A stretch of DNA of 64,000 nt from NCBI GenBank assembly GCA_964016885.1, contig OZ024741.1, forward strand, positions 364,994,001 to 365,058,000, given 5' to 3'. The DNA comes from Eledone cirrhosa. Lineage: Eukaryota. Below are positions 37,665-51,277 of the stretch, piece by piece. Position 1 is the first letter of the stretch; each line of letters opens with the position of its first letter. The translations under genes and the position numbers were made by a program. Under the pieces are notes generated by a model, which worked only from the letters and a program-made list of their open reading frames with translations, searched no databases and had not been told where the DNA came from.

Positions 37665-38306
37665 ATCTGCAGTGGATTGGCATTATCGGTAGAGCGTCAG
37701 TCACCATGGTTTGCAGCATAGAGTTATGGGCCTTTACGTTCTGAGTTCAAATCCCGCCGAGGTTAACGTTGTCTGTCTTTCATCCTTACAGTGTCGATAA
37801 AATAAAGTACCAGTAATGCACTGGGGTAATTGCTGGCCTAGTGCCAAAAGTAGAAACAATTATTGAATATCTGCGGTGGATTGGCAGAATCGGTAGAACG
37901 TCAGTCACCATGTTTTGCAGAATAGAGTTATGGCCGCTTACGTTCTGAGTTCAAATCCCACCGAGGTTACCTTTGATTTTCATAATTACGGGGTCGATAA
38001 AATAAAGTACCAGTAATGCACTGGGATCGATTTAATCAACTTCCTCCCATTCAAATTACTGGCCTTGTGCCTATATAAGAAACCATTATTATATATCTGC
38101 GGTGGATTGACAGTATCGCTGGTAGAGCGTCAGTCACCATGCTTTGCAGCATAGAGTTATGGCCCATTAAGTTATGAGTTCAAATCCCGCCGAGGTTAAA
38201 GTTGCCTGCCTTTCATCCTTACGGGGTCGATAAAATAAAGTACCAGTAATACACTGGGGCATTTGCTGGCCTTGTGCCAAAAGTAGAAACAATTATTAAA
38301 TATCTG
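37665..38306 (+). mobile_element. Three head-to-tail tRNA-derived SINE copies (starts ~37665, 37869, 38095)
   Basis: A-box TGGCAG.ATCGG, B-box GAGTTCAAATCC, conserved TTTCATCCTTACGGGGTCGATAAAATAAAGTACCAG body. Confidence 0.88.
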
Positions 38307-38460
38307 TTGAAACAAAGTTGTCTATTCAGTCTCTCCATATTGCGTTAGTCTGTCTTATTTGCTTTATTGTTAGGTTCTTTTTATCTTTCTTTCTTTCTTA
38401 AAACTGTCTTTCTTTTCTGCTTTCTCTCTTATATTTCTCAATTTTTGTGCCTATCTATCT

Positions 38461-38870
38461 CCGAGGACAGATGCCTTTCTCTCCGGACAACAATTGATTC
38501 CCTTCTTTAAGTATCACTTTAGAAGGAGAATCAGGGTGGAGAGAGAGCAACTGCACCCCAGTAAATTTACTGAAAGGTGGGTGAATGAAGCGAAAATGGC
38601 CCGAGTGATTGGGCCTTCTCTGTTTATAAGCCTGTAGGTTGAGGAAGAGAGCAAAAGGAAGAAAGGAGCACTTGCACAACACGCTCCTGGAGTTCAGGGT
38701 TGTTTTATCGACGGGGTATTAAACAACCCATTTGTGGCGCCTCCCCCCTATTGGCGATTTCGATTGTTGTAATTGTTTGTTTTTATATTTTTTACACGAC
38801 TGTACGTAAAATCCCCGGCATGTTTTTGTATTGTCCCCTTTTCTTGTGCGCCCTTGTGGCTAATAAAGAA

Positions 38871-38933
<63 letters not shown>
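38461..38933 (+). mobile_element. Tx1 copy I: 3' fragment; TATC tail 38871-38933
   Basis: Preceded by CTATCTATCT; same 3'UTR type as copy K. Confidence 0.88.
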
Positions 38934-39504
38934 GTCTCAAGAGAACAATTAGAGTAGAGTCGATAGCTTTTAGCAAAGAACTAGCCTTAGAGAAAAACAA
39001 AACAGAAACGAAGGAGAGGCGGTTTTCCTTTGTGTGATAGCTATGGCGAAAGAGGTTGTATGGTGGACAAGGTTGAAAGGGCTGAGGTCAGACACCTTTC
39101 TCTCCGGCCAACAACTGATTCTTTTTTTCAAATACCACTTTGGAAGAAGAATCAGGATGGAGAGAGAGGTGCTGTACCCCAGCAAGTTTTATGAAAGGTG
39201 GGTGAAAGTGGCGAGAATGGCCCGAGTGAATGGGCCTTCTCTCTATATCAGCCTGTAGGTTGAGGAAAAGGAGGAGGAGAGGAAAGGAGTACAAGCTCTT
39301 CGTACTCCTGGAGATGAGGGTCGCACATTTTTTTTCGGGGGTATGTGTTACCCATATAAACTGTCTCCCTCTATTGGGGAAAATCGACTAACTTTTTAAA
39401 TTCCATTTGTGATAACATTTTACACGTTTTTATTGTATGTAAACTTCCCCCTTTGTATTTGTCCCCTTCTTTTGTTCCCCTGTGGCTAATAAAGAAATCT
39501 ATCT
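38934..39504 (+). mobile_element. Tx1 copy J: chimeric (73-bp mid-ORF2 piece fused to the 3' end)
   Basis: 38935-39008 matches 39532-39605; then ORF2 C-terminus and 3'UTR. Confidence 0.85.
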
Positions 39505-42294
39505 ATCGTCAACAATAGATGGCAGTACTCTCTCAAGAGAACAATTAGAGTAGAGTCGATAGCTTTTAGCAAAGAACTAGCCTTAGAGAAAAACAAAACA
39601 GAAACAGAACTAGCAGCCAGGGTAGAGGAGGCACTTAGGAGTGGCAACGCAGCTAGAATGCTAGCAACGAGAACGGCACTTGACCAGTTCTTCGATGCGA
39701 AACATGAAGGCTGCGTGGTCAGAAGTAAATCACGTGCTCTAGGAAACGAGGGAACAAAAGCTGTAAGTTGGGCCCGAGTGGCAGAGGCGAAAAGTGGCAA
39801 CAAGTCCAAAATTCGGTCTTTGAAAGACCAAAACGGACGCGTGCTACTTGACTCCAAGCGGATGTGCACGGCCTTTCAGCGGCACTCAGTGCAACTGTTC
39901 GAGCAGAGCGGCAGTGCGCCGAACGGGGCAATGGACTTTGGTTCATACCACGACGGCCTGCCGCGTCTCTCCAGCATGGACGCCGAGTTCTGCAAAAGGC
40001 CGAGCACGTCCACTGAGATACGGGACGCTCCGGGCCGCTGCGGGAAACGCAAATCACCCGGTCTGGATGGTCTACTCTATGAGTTTTACATAGGCATGCC
40101 GGACTTGTTCTCTGGCGTCCTCTAAGCCGTCTACTGCAACTGGCAGCAGAACGGGAGAATTCCCAGTTCTGCACACAGGGGCGTAGTAACGCTGATCAGG
40201 AAAGACGAGAACAAGGGGGACGAACTAAGCAACTTTAGGCCCATAACTCTGCTCAACACAGAGTTAAACATTTTGGCCAAGGTGTTAGCAACGAGGCTGG
40301 CGCTTGTCGTCGAGAACCTGGTATGGAAAGAGCAAACGTGTGCAATCCCGACCAGGTCCATACACGACAAGCTGCACCTCATGCGATACATAATAGAGAG
40401 GGTGGGGTGTAAACCTGGCTCCGGTGGGGCTCTGATCAATTTAGAACAGTCTAAGGCGTTTGATAGGGTCGACCATCGACACATGGAAGCGGTTCTCAAA
40501 GCAGCCGGTTTCGGACCCGTCTTCAGAGGCTGGATCAAAGCAATGTACATCAAGATATGCTCGACGGTCAAGGTGAACGGCTACCTATCGGAGCCGTTTG
40601 CAATCACGCATTCCATTCGACAGGGATTCCCCCACTCCTCCATTCTGTACATACTGACTCTAGAGCCAATACTTCGGAAGTTGGAGCTTCTACAAGGCAT
40701 CCCGTTGGAACCGGGACTGCGGGAAGCAGCGTCGGCTTATGCCGACGACGTGACAGTAATGGTGTCGGAAATCGGGGCAATCGGCAACTTACTGCAGGAA
40801 TACGCAAGGCTCACAGGAGCAAAACTGAACCCGGACAAATCTGTCGGTTTGCAACTCGGAACGTGAAGAGGCAAACAGACGGATTTGCCTCTTCACGGTG
40901 AAATTGCTCGGGGTCTGGTTCGGTCCGGTCCACAAGGGGCAGAAAAACTGGAACGAGGTTATGGCCAAGGTATTTTCGCTCACCCAGAAGTGGGCAGAGT
41001 GCAAACTATCCTTGAAAGGTCGAGCGGAGGTGGCGAACACTTTCATGGCGTCCGTCATCTACTACCGCTTGACCGTCATGCCTTGTTCCCGTGAACACCA
41101 AAATGGAACGCATGCGCTTCCAGTTCCTTTGGAAGAAGGAGGCTCCACTGGTGAGGAGGTCCGTCTGTTGTTAGCACCCTTCCAACGTGGCTGATGATGC
41201 GCAAACACGCGCTGAAGCTACGGCATCTCCAGGTATTCCTCACCGAACAACCGTTGTGGGCACCGTTTGTGAGACAGGCCTTCCTGCAACTTGTCTCGCT
41301 GACGGAACTGCACTCTTGGGTCAAGCGGAGACCGAGGAAAATGGGAACCTGGCACATTGAATGCGCTCAGGCACTCACAGTCCTCTGTCAAACGGGCACA
41401 GCAATCAGTGGAGACTCCACTTCGACATTCTATAGAGGGTTAGTACGTCACAGTTGCGACGACATGCTCGGTGAAACTCTGGGCGTCGAAGACGACGAGT
41501 TCACAAGTCTGTTCAGCAGAAATTTCCGCCCGGGACCTATGGACAACTTCCAGAGGTCCCTGGTTGGCAGTGCTACCGAGGAGCTCTACCAGTTCGAGAT
41601 AAGATCTACAGTCACGGACGCCCCGGCAGAGATCCATCCAAGAGGACATGTCCATGATGCGAGCAGGACATTGAAACCGTCCTGCACGCAATTGTACACT
41701 TCCCGGGCGTATCCGACCTGTGGAACTACGCAGAACAACTGCTGTCGCGTATGGGCTAAATCCAGTTGGCTGCCGAATCTATAGTAAGGATCAAACCGCC
41801 AAATTCTTTCAAAAGTGAAAGAGAGGCGGTTTTCCTCTGTATAGTGGCTATGATGAAAGAGGTTATATGGTGGAGGAAATTGAGAGAACTGAGGATGGAT
41901 GCCTTTCTCTCCGGACAATCACTCATTCCTTTCTTTAGGTACCACTCTAGAAGGAGAATCAGAGTGGAGAGAGAAGCACTGCACCGTAGTAAATTTACCG
42001 AAAAGTGGGTGAATGTAGCAAAAATGGCCCGAGTGATTGGGCCTTCTCTGTATATAAACCTGTAGGTTGAAGAAAAGAACAATGGGAAGAAAGGAGCACT
42101 TGCACAACACGCTCCTGGAGTTGAGGGTTGTTCTATTGCAACGCCCCCCCCCCTCTATTGGGGATTTCGATTGTTAAATTTGTTTTAATAATATTTTTAC
42201 ACGATTGCATGTAAAATCTCCGGCATGTGTCTTTGTATTGTCCCCTTTTCTTGTGCGCCCTTGTGGCAAATAAAGAAATCTATCTATCTATCTA
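39505..42294 (+). mobile_element. Tx1 copy K: linker-RT-3' end, decayed
   Basis: ORFs 39658+, 40273+, 41194+, 41766+ carry ORF2 motifs; TATC tail 42278-42294. Confidence 0.92.
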
Positions 42295-42349
42295 ATCCCT
42301 CCACTTATATTTCCGCATGTCTGTCTCTCTGTCTGTCCTTCCATTCAAC

Positions 42350-42428
<79 letters not shown>

Positions 42429-42517
42429 ATATCTATGTTTATATATATGTCTGCATGCATGTATGTATGTATGTATCTCTATGTCCGTCCGTCTGTTTGT
42501 CTGCCTATCTATCTATA

Positions 42518-44927
42518 TGGCGTACCACGACTCGCGAACACGGATACGGAGAGCTGCGAAAGGCCGATCACAGCGGGCGAAATAGAAGATGCCCTAGGGC
42601 GCTGTGGGAAACGCAAATCACCCGGTTTGGTCTACCCTATGAGTTTTACATAGACATGCCAGACTTGTTCTTTGGCGTCCTCGAAGCGGTCTACTGCAAC
42701 TGGCAGCAGAACGGGAAGATTCTGAGTTCTGTAGGCAGAGGCGTAGTAACGCTGATCAAGAAAGATAGAGAATAAGGTGCATGACATAAGCAATTTCAGG
42801 CCCATAACTCTTCTCAACACAGAGTTAAAGATTTTGGCCCAGGTGTTAGCAGCGAGGCTGACGCTTGTCGTCGAGAATCTGGTAGGGGAAGCGCAAACGT
42901 GTCCAATCCCGACCAGGTCCATACACAACAACCTCCACCTCATGCGATACATCATAGAGAGGTTAGGGTGTAAACCTGGATTCGGTGGGGCCCTGATCAA
43001 TTTAGATCAGTCTAAGGCATTTGATAGGTTGACCATCAATACTGGAAGCGGTTCTCAAGGCGTCCGGCTTCGGTCCCCTCTTCAGAGGCTGGATCGCTGC
43101 CATGCACACCAGAATCTGCTCGGCAGTCAAGACGAATGGCTACCTATCAGAGCCATTCCAAATCATGCGTTCCATCCGTGAGGGAAGCCCTCTCTCCTCC
43201 ATTCTGTATGTACTGACTCTCGAGTCATTACTGCGGAAGTTGGAGCTGTTGCAGGGCATCCCGATCGAACCAGGACTGCGGAAAGCAGAGTCGGACTATG
43301 CCGATGACATAACAGTAATGGTGTCAAAAACCTCGGAAATCGGTGTAATCGGCAACCTATTACAGGAATACGAAACGTTGACAGGAGCAAGACTAAACCC
43401 AAACAAGTCTGTCGGTTTGCAACTCGGCACATGGAGAGGGGCAAACCCATCACTTCCGACAGTGTCGTTGGACGCTGGACTGTGAAATTGCTCGGGGTCT
43501 GGTTCGCTCCAGACCTCCAGGTTGACAAGAACTGGAACGAGGTCACGGCGAAGGTGTTTGCACTCACTTAGAAGTGGGCTGAGTGAAAACTCTCATTGAA
43601 AGGTTGAGCGGAGGTGGCTAACACTTACATAGCGTCCGTCATCTACTACCGCTTGACAGTCGTGCCTTGTCCCCGCGAACACCTCACCAAAATGGAACGC
43701 CTACTCTTCAAGTTCCTCTGGAAGAAACAGGCTCCATTGGTGAGGAGATCCATCTGCTGTTAACACCCTTCTAACGGAGGGCTGGGCATGCCGTGGCTGA
43801 TGAGGCGCAAACACCCGCTGAGGCTACGCCATCTCCAGGTGTTCCTGACCGGCGAACCGGTGTGGCTGTAGTTTGTGAGACGAGCTCTTCCACAACTCGT
43901 ATTACTAACAGTGCTGCAGCCCTGAGTCGAGCAAAGACCGAAAATAGGCGCCTGGCACCTCGAGTGCCTTCAGGCGCTCACAGCCCTCTACCAAGCGGAA
44001 ACAACAATCAGCGGAGACTCCACTTCGATATTCTATAGGGGATTAGTGGAGGATAAGTGCGACGACGTTCTCGGGGAAACTCTAGGCAACGAGGAGGACG
44101 AACTGACCAGTCTGTTCGGGAGGACTTTCCGTCCAGGGCCTATGGATAACTTCCAGAGGTCTCTGGTCTGGCAGTGCTACTGAGGAGCTCTCCCTTTTCG
44201 AGTCAAAATCTACAGGCACGGACGCCCTGGCAGAGATCCTGCCAAAAGGACCTGTCCAAGATGCGAGCAAGACATCGAAACCGTTCTACACGCAATTGTT
44301 CAGTGCCCAGGGGTGACCAACCTGTGGAATTATGTCGAACAGCTACTGTCACGTGTAGGACGCATCCAGTTGTCAGCCGAGTCCATCGTGAGGATCACCC
44401 CGCCGCCTTCATTTAAGAATGAAGGAGAGACGGTCTTCCTCTATCTGGTGGCTATGGCGAAAGAGGTAATATGGTGGACGAGGTTAAAAGGACTGGGGGC
44501 AAGCACCCTTCTATCCGGACAACAACTCATCCCCTTCTTTAAGTACCATTTCAGAAGGTGAGAGTGGAGAGAGAGGTACTACTCCCCAGTAACTTGAACA
44601 GTGGGTGAATGTGGCGAAAATGGCCCGGGTGAATGGGCCTTCTCTGTATATAAACCTGTAGTTTGAGGAAGATAAACAGAGGAAAGACGGGAACACCTAC
44701 AAAGCGTGTTCCTGGTTTTCAGGGTTGTTCTATCCACGGGTGTAAAACAACCCCGCAGTAACGCCCCCCCCCCCCCTAATGGGGATTTCAATTGTTTTAT
44801 TTTCATATAGTTTATTGTTATTTATCATTGTTAGAGATTTTATGTAAAACGCCCGCCGCCACGTCTTGTAATGCCCCATTTTTGTACGCCCCTGTGGCAA
44901 ATAAAGAAAGATATCTATCTATCTATC
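42518..44927 (+). mobile_element. Tx1 copy L: RT to 3' end, heavily decayed (D-type 3'UTR)
   Basis: Preceded by CTATCTATCTAT; RT motifs; TATC tail 44912-44927. Confidence 0.92.
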
Positions 44928-45261
44928 AATCTGGCTTTCTTTCTCTCTTTCTTTCGTTTGTACGTCTTTCGTCTGTCTTTCCTCTACACTTTTCTTCCCT
45001 CCTTCCTCACTTCCTTCATCTAAACTGCACCAATCATCTAGTTAGCATCATTTAAACCATATGACGAGACACCAATCGATAGTGTTTCTCCATTCTGTCC
45101 GGCATAACTGGCAGCACTTCCTCTCAGCCTTCTATATTCAAGCTTCCATATTCCGTCCACCCCTCACCTCCTTCCTCTCATTATCCGCTGTTCTCATTGA
45201 CGTCATACATACATACATACGAAGTAAATCGATTGATTCCTAATGTTACATCATCTTCCTT

Positions 45262-45527
45262 ACCCCCACCACCCCCACCAACACCACCACCACTTTCACG
45301 ACCATCACCAGTACCACCGCCACCAGCACCACCAGTACCACTAGCACCAGCAGCAGCAGCAGCACCACCACCACCACAACCACCACCATCACATCACCAC
45401 CTCCACCACCATCACCACAACTAGTTCCACCACCAGCACCAGCACCACCCGTACCACAATACTAGCACTACCACCACCACTACCAGCACTACCAGCACCA
45501 CAAGCACCACCACCACCACTGCCACTA
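45262..45527. repeat. (CCA/GCA)n trinucleotide low-complexity tract
   Basis: Direct reading. Confidence 0.92.
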
Positions 45528-45533
45528 CAAAAC

Positions 45534-45600
<67 letters not shown>

Positions 45601-45689
45601 ATGTACGCGCGTGTGTGTATGTATATATATGTGTGTGTGTGTGTATGCGTGCACTTGTGCGCATATGTATGTACGTATATATGTACGTT

Positions 45690-45889
45690 NNNNNNNNNNN
45701 NNNNNNNNNNNNNNNNNNNNNNNNNNNNNNNNNNNNNNNNNNNNNNNNNNNNNNNNNNNNNNNNNNNNNNNNNNNNNNNNNNNNNNNNNNNNNNNNNNNN
45801 NNNNNNNNNNNNNNNNNNNNNNNNNNNNNNNNNNNNNNNNNNNNNNNNNNNNNNNNNNNNNNNNNNNNNNNNNNNNNNNNNNNNNNNNN
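45690..45889. other. Assembly gap (200 N); true distance unknown
   Basis: Run of N. Confidence 1.
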
Positions 45890-46435
45890 CATATAAGGTA
45901 TAGATATGTGTGTGTGTGTGTGTGTGTCTGTGTGTGTGTATGTGTGTATGTGCATGTGTGTGACTGTGTTTTGTTTTGATGTTATCCGGCAATTGGCGAA
46001 ATCAGGTGTGAAAGTGTGTGTGTGTGTGTGTTACTTATGCGAGCGACGACAGAAAAGGTGTGTGGGATACATACATTATTATATTTGTTTGTATTTTCGT
46101 TCTGCAACCATTATATTATGATATTTGTATCCAATGATTTTAGATGTATGTATTACCTGCTTGCCCGTCCTTCTGTTTCTCTTTCCCTGTCTCTCTCTCT
46201 CTCCTCTCTCCTCTCTCTCTCTCTTTAGATGTGTGTGTGTAGTTTTCCTAATCTGTCTCTTTCACTCTATGTCTTTCTAAGAGGGTTGCCTTTTGATGTA
46301 TGTATTACCTGCTTGTGTGTTGACCGAATTTGAAGGAGGTTATCCTTTTGAAATAAACATACATATGACGCTCATCTCTATGTTGATATATGATATAAAT
46401 AATGGGATTGATGAGTTAATATCTGTATACAACAA

Positions 46436-46721
46436 CTACAACAGTACGCGATTGGGCCCACCCACAGCCCCCGTGGACAGAATGGAGAAGGCGTTTCCCC
46501 GGCGGACAGCAAGGGAGACGCGCTGGAAAAGCCACTCCAACTCGCGGAGCTCACACCTGCGGCTGGCCAGCTCAGCGCCTATGGTGGTGAGTAAGGAGGT
46601 AGCCCTGGGGCCGAGGATACCAGAAGTTTCCACTGCCAGGGGTACGACCGCTAACCTGTCGGAGAGCAACCGGTAATTAAAGAGTTTGGCCCCCTCAGCT
46701 CGACGTGCAGCAGAACCTGGG
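46436..46721 (-). mobile_element. CRE-clade non-LTR element 3' fragment (restriction-like endonuclease C-terminus)
   Basis: PGSAARRAEGAKLFNY..VVPLAVETSGILGP..WLFQRVSLAVRRGNAFSIL matches the typical CRE C-terminal pattern. Confidence 0.8.
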
Positions 46722-46749
46722 TATATATTGATATATTGAAGGTAGATAT

Positions 46750-46819
46750 GGAAAGTAAAAGAGTGTTTTCATATAGAGAGTGAAGAGAGACAGAGAGTAA
46801 AGCAGTTAAATTATAGAGA

Positions 46820-46867
<48 letters not shown>

Positions 46868-47342
46868 GATGCTCAGCTTTATAATATTAGAGAGTGAAGA
46901 GCGACAGAGAGAGTAAAGCAGTTAAATTATAGAGAGAAGGAATGATCTATTATAGAGAGAGGGAAGAGCGACGGAGAGAGTAAAGCTAAGAAACTATAGG
47001 GAGGTTTGTAGGATACATACGTGTTGACCGAATTTACATACGACGCTCATCTCTACGGAAAGTAAAGGAGTGTTTTCATATAGAGAGTGAAGAGAGACAG
47101 AGAGTAAAGCAGTTAAATTATAGAGAGGGTGAAAGCGGGAGAGAGAGAGACGACGCTCAGCTTTATAATATTGAGAGTGAAGAGCGACAGAGAGGGTAAA
47201 GCAGTTAAATTATAGAGAAGGGGAATGATCTATTATAGAGAGAGTGAAGAGCGACGGAGAGAGTAAAGCTAAGAAACTATAGGCAGGTGTGTAGGATACA
47301 TACATAATACACACGACACTCAGCTTTATAATATTCTAGATG
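46750..47342 (-). repeat. ~300-bp GA-rich tandem duplication with three Helitron-5'-end-like motifs
   Basis: Units start ~46750 and ~47057; minus strand TC..AATATTATAAAGCTGAG three times; Helitron assignment is tentative. Confidence 0.55.
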
Positions 47343-47499
47343 AACATATGTCTGCTGGAATACTCAGCCACTAATTTAACAAGTAGGACGCTCAGATGAT
47401 CAATCAATTGAATACTCATTGTGGAGGTTCCATGAAAGGAAATATAAAATTGATTTTTCATGAGGTTTGATTTTAGCAATCATGCTTTTATTGGCTCTG

Positions 47500-47630
47500 A
47501 AGCATAGAGTTACGCCTCTTTACGGTCTGAGTTCAAAACTTTGCCTTCCATCCTTACGGAGTCGATAAAATAAAGTACCAGTAATACACTGGGCTGATTG
47601 CTGGCCTTGTGCTAAAAATAGAAACAATAT
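47500..47630 (+). mobile_element. SINE fragment (37.7-kb family); further copies at ~21775-21985, 50238-50395, 50910-51098, 54165-54300 (-), 60321-60507
   Basis: B-box plus shared GTCGATAAAATAAAGTACCAG body. Confidence 0.8.
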
Positions 47631-47814
47631 GTATTATATTCCGTCAATAGGGCATTGATGTCACAAGTTTGAGCCAAGTGCCTGGTCTCTTCAGCAAGTG
47701 TCATTTAGCATAGCTTTGGGTCGACACAACACTTTTGAGTGAAATTGGATAGATGGAAATTGTGTGGAAGTCCCTGGACGGATTACATTGTGTGTATGCA
47801 TTGACACCATTCAA

Positions 47815-48115
47815 TCACGACGAGTCATCCAGTTGTTAAACCACCGGAACAATCTGCTCATGAAATTAACATACAAGTGGCTGAGAATGCTACCAACACG
47901 TGTACATTTAATGTAATTCTTAGGGAGATTCAGTGTGAAACAGTGTGTGACAAGGCTGGCTATTAAATTTACAAGAAGAATACAACTTTTCCCAGCTGAG
48001 TGGACTGGAACAACATTAAATAAATTGTCTTGCTTTAAGACACAACTGCTATCAGGAATGGAATTCACGATCTTATGATTGTGAATCAAACACCCTAACC
48101 AACAAGCCATGTGTT
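47815..48115 (-). mobile_element. Second tRNA-derived SINE family (CORE-like); relatives at ~23370-23525 and 52177-52295
   Basis: Minus strand TGGCTTGTTGGTTAGGGTG head, then GTGTC.T..AGCAAGACA.TTTATTT..GTTG.TCCAGTCCACTCAGCTGG. Confidence 0.65.
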
Positions 48116-49404
48116 TTCACAAGGCAGTTATGTAACAACAGAATAGACAGTGAGCCAGATGGTAGAGTATAATGGAAAATGAGCTTTTGTGAATCAATTC
48201 AGAATCCTATAATGTGGAAGCAATACTGTGTCTCTTGCTTGAGTTTTTAGAGGGTCAGAAACATATCACAGTTGAAGTATATTATAACCCTGGAAAACGA
48301 AGGATAGCCATCGTAATATAAATATATATTTTAGCTAGCTATGTTATTTACATATGGATTGACAATCTTAGCTATGTTACTGTATTTGAGTTTAGCAGGA
48401 AAGATCTTCAGTGATTGTGAATCATAACAATTCTAGCAACACTAAGGATGTTAATTGCATGTTGTTGAAGCATAGAATGGTTTGAGGGGAACATTGTTTC
48501 TTTGATCTGAGCAATAACAACTCATGTTTTGTGTTGGTGAAAGGGACTAAATCATCACCTCCCAATTTATAGAGGAAGCAGAGGTCTGACACGACGGTGT
48601 CAAGGCTTCAAGTACATGAAACCTGTATTAAAAAAATTAAGTTGTGTGATGTTTGATATCAACCACATGGCTGTCAACGCTATTAGAGATTACATCAAAA
48701 CGCTTCGTTAATGAACTGGATGGAGAATATGTTCGTATCAAGGTTACACAATAATACAGCTCTGAGAACATATAATGTGTTTCTAATGAAAATGGTGGTG
48801 CAAAACATATGTATATAGAGAATGGGAGAGTGACAGAGTGAGAAAGAGAGAAGTAATCCTGTTATCTATTCTAATAAGCAGTCACAATACCACGTTTAAG
48901 TAAAAAAAAAAAAATCCAATAATTGAAATGGAGACTGTCTTGCCTTTCATATTAGCAGCATAAATGAGGCAAACTATTTTCAGGAATGATTCGAAATTGA
49001 ATCATAAATGACTTGCTGAAATATTGCAGAGATTTTATATACATAATTGCACATATAGACATATACAGATGCACCCTATAGTCGCACATATTCCTGCATG
49101 TACACTGTGACAGACATATAAGGACAGCAGTTTATTTGAACGACTATATCACATACATCAACCTAGTTACGCATGTCGCCTCGGTGGTATATAAAGTGAC
49201 AGATTGGTTATTTCGTCCACCACTGATCAATTAAAATACCAAATATTCGTGAAGTCAGTAAAAACTAAATAACAGTTACATGTATACTTGTCCTTTTCCC
49301 AACAGCAAGTTGACACAGTGAATATTGACCGAAAGATTTCAAGAGCTTAAGAGGTAGCATTTAAATAGTCCATATTTGCATTGTGGTATATTTGAGCCAA
49401 CCCA

Positions 49405-49710
49405 TACGGGTCATGAATCTTGACTGAAAGAATACGATCACGAATACAAGCGGCCTAAATGGGGTTCGTCGGAAGGGTCTTTGGAGTAACATTACCCAAT
49501 AGAGTGAGTAGCCCGGAGATCAGAGAGTCATTCCAGGTAGAGTCGCTACTTCTCCGAATTGAGAGATCACAGCTCCGGTATATTGGGCATGTGGTTAGAA
49601 TAACTCAGGAAAGAAACGCTGGACAGATTTTACGGACAGAACCAAGTGGCAGGAGACCCAGGGATAGACCGCGAAGAAGATGGTTGGATAACATCCATGA
49701 ATGAGCTTGG
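49405..49710 (+). mobile_element. RTE-clade LINE 3' fragment (a different family from the 60.7-kb copy)
   Basis: RIQAA*MGF..IERSQLRYIGHVVR..GRRPRDRPRRRWLD. Confidence 0.85.
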
Positions 49711-51277
49711 CTGATCTCGCTTGAGGATTCATTTCGATCAGATAATCGGATAATATATATATATAGGAAAAGAGTCAGGACCCCGACGGCTGAGCCCTGG
49801 TCCTTTCGATAGCTAGATCCGGATCTAGCTGTTACCTATTACCCACTCTACTACACTAAGTATTGAATACTCTGGTGCGTTATGGTCCACCTGGTATCTA
49901 ACCACACCCTCTTTGTTTATATATATATATATATATATATATACATACATATAAGAGAGTGTGTGTGTGTGTTTGCAAAAAGTAAACACATGTAACAAAG
50001 AAAACGAGACAGTACAATGAGAAATATATTAGTTTAATGCTTGATATAGTTAGAAAAGAGTCTAAGTTTGATTCACTTGCTTTTCATCAGAAGATAGAAC
50101 GAAAAACTAAAGATGAAATAAAAAGATAGAAAGTGAGAAGAGGAAGGAACGGAAAAAAAATTATTTCGAAAATAAAACATCCGAGCGTATTCAGCCAGCC
50201 ATTTTGGAGAAAAATATATATGTATATATATACGAGAGCGGTGAATTGGCAGTATCGGACGAGCGTCGAACAACAGGCTTTGCGGCATAGAGTTCAAATC
50301 CCTCCGAGGTTCACTTTGTCGATAAAATAAAGTACCAGATTTTATCGACTTTTCCCTTCAAATTGCTGGCCTCATGCCTAAAGTAGAAATAATAATATGG
50401 CCAACTTAATAATTAAGGAAGCCTTGCCCTTACGTAGACTCAACCCGCAAATAAATAATAGATTAGAACTCAGCACACAGTACTTAACATAAAAAGACAA
50501 ACCCACAGACACACGAACTAAACATATACAAAAAAGAAAATTGATTTCGCGAAATACTATATTGGCAATTGACGTCATTCACTGGGAATGCGAAGTAACC
50601 ATCGAAAAACACTTGAAAAGACTTAGAAAAAATTTAAATCAAAATCACAATTTTATCCCAAAAGAGAGGAAATTGGAACGTTATCCACTGAAGGTTCCTT
50701 AAACCCCAATGATGGGGATTTTAGGTCCCGAAATATTGCACAGATAAAAGAACAACAAAACAAAACAAAACAAAGATTACCAGGTAACTTTTACTTTTCG
50801 TTACCTCATCTTATATTCTGCATAGTTCAGGCTTCTGTCTCTTTCAACGTTATATATTATATACAATGCTTCAAGCAAACTATAACATTTTAATAATTAT
50901 TATATATAGGGCGGTTGATTGGCAGTATCGGTAGAGGGTCGGACGCCATGCGTTTCAGCATAGTTTCGTCCCTTTACGGCCGGAGTTCAAATCCCGCCGA
51001 GGTTAACTTTGCCTTTCATCCTTACGGGGTCGATAAAATAAAGTACCAGTAATGCACTGGGGTAATTGGCGGCCTTGTGCCAATAGAAGAAACAATTATA
51101 TATAGCAGTAGTTCTGGTTTAGTAAAGATATTTAAGCCTTAGATTCTAAGGTACAGAGCACTCAGTCTATGAGATGAGTCTTTGATATATTATTAAATTT
51201 AATACTACAGCGAAGACATAACATGGAGAAACACAGGACACGCGTTTCGTTGAGCGAACTCAATTTATTCAGGTTGA

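Noticed and set aside
45197-45424. Pro/His-rich ORF resembling a transcription factor
   Set aside because: A (CCA)n tract with no domain or splice support.
50910-51000. tRNA genes at A/B-box sites
   Set aside because: No cloverleaf; the boxes run into a shared SINE body.
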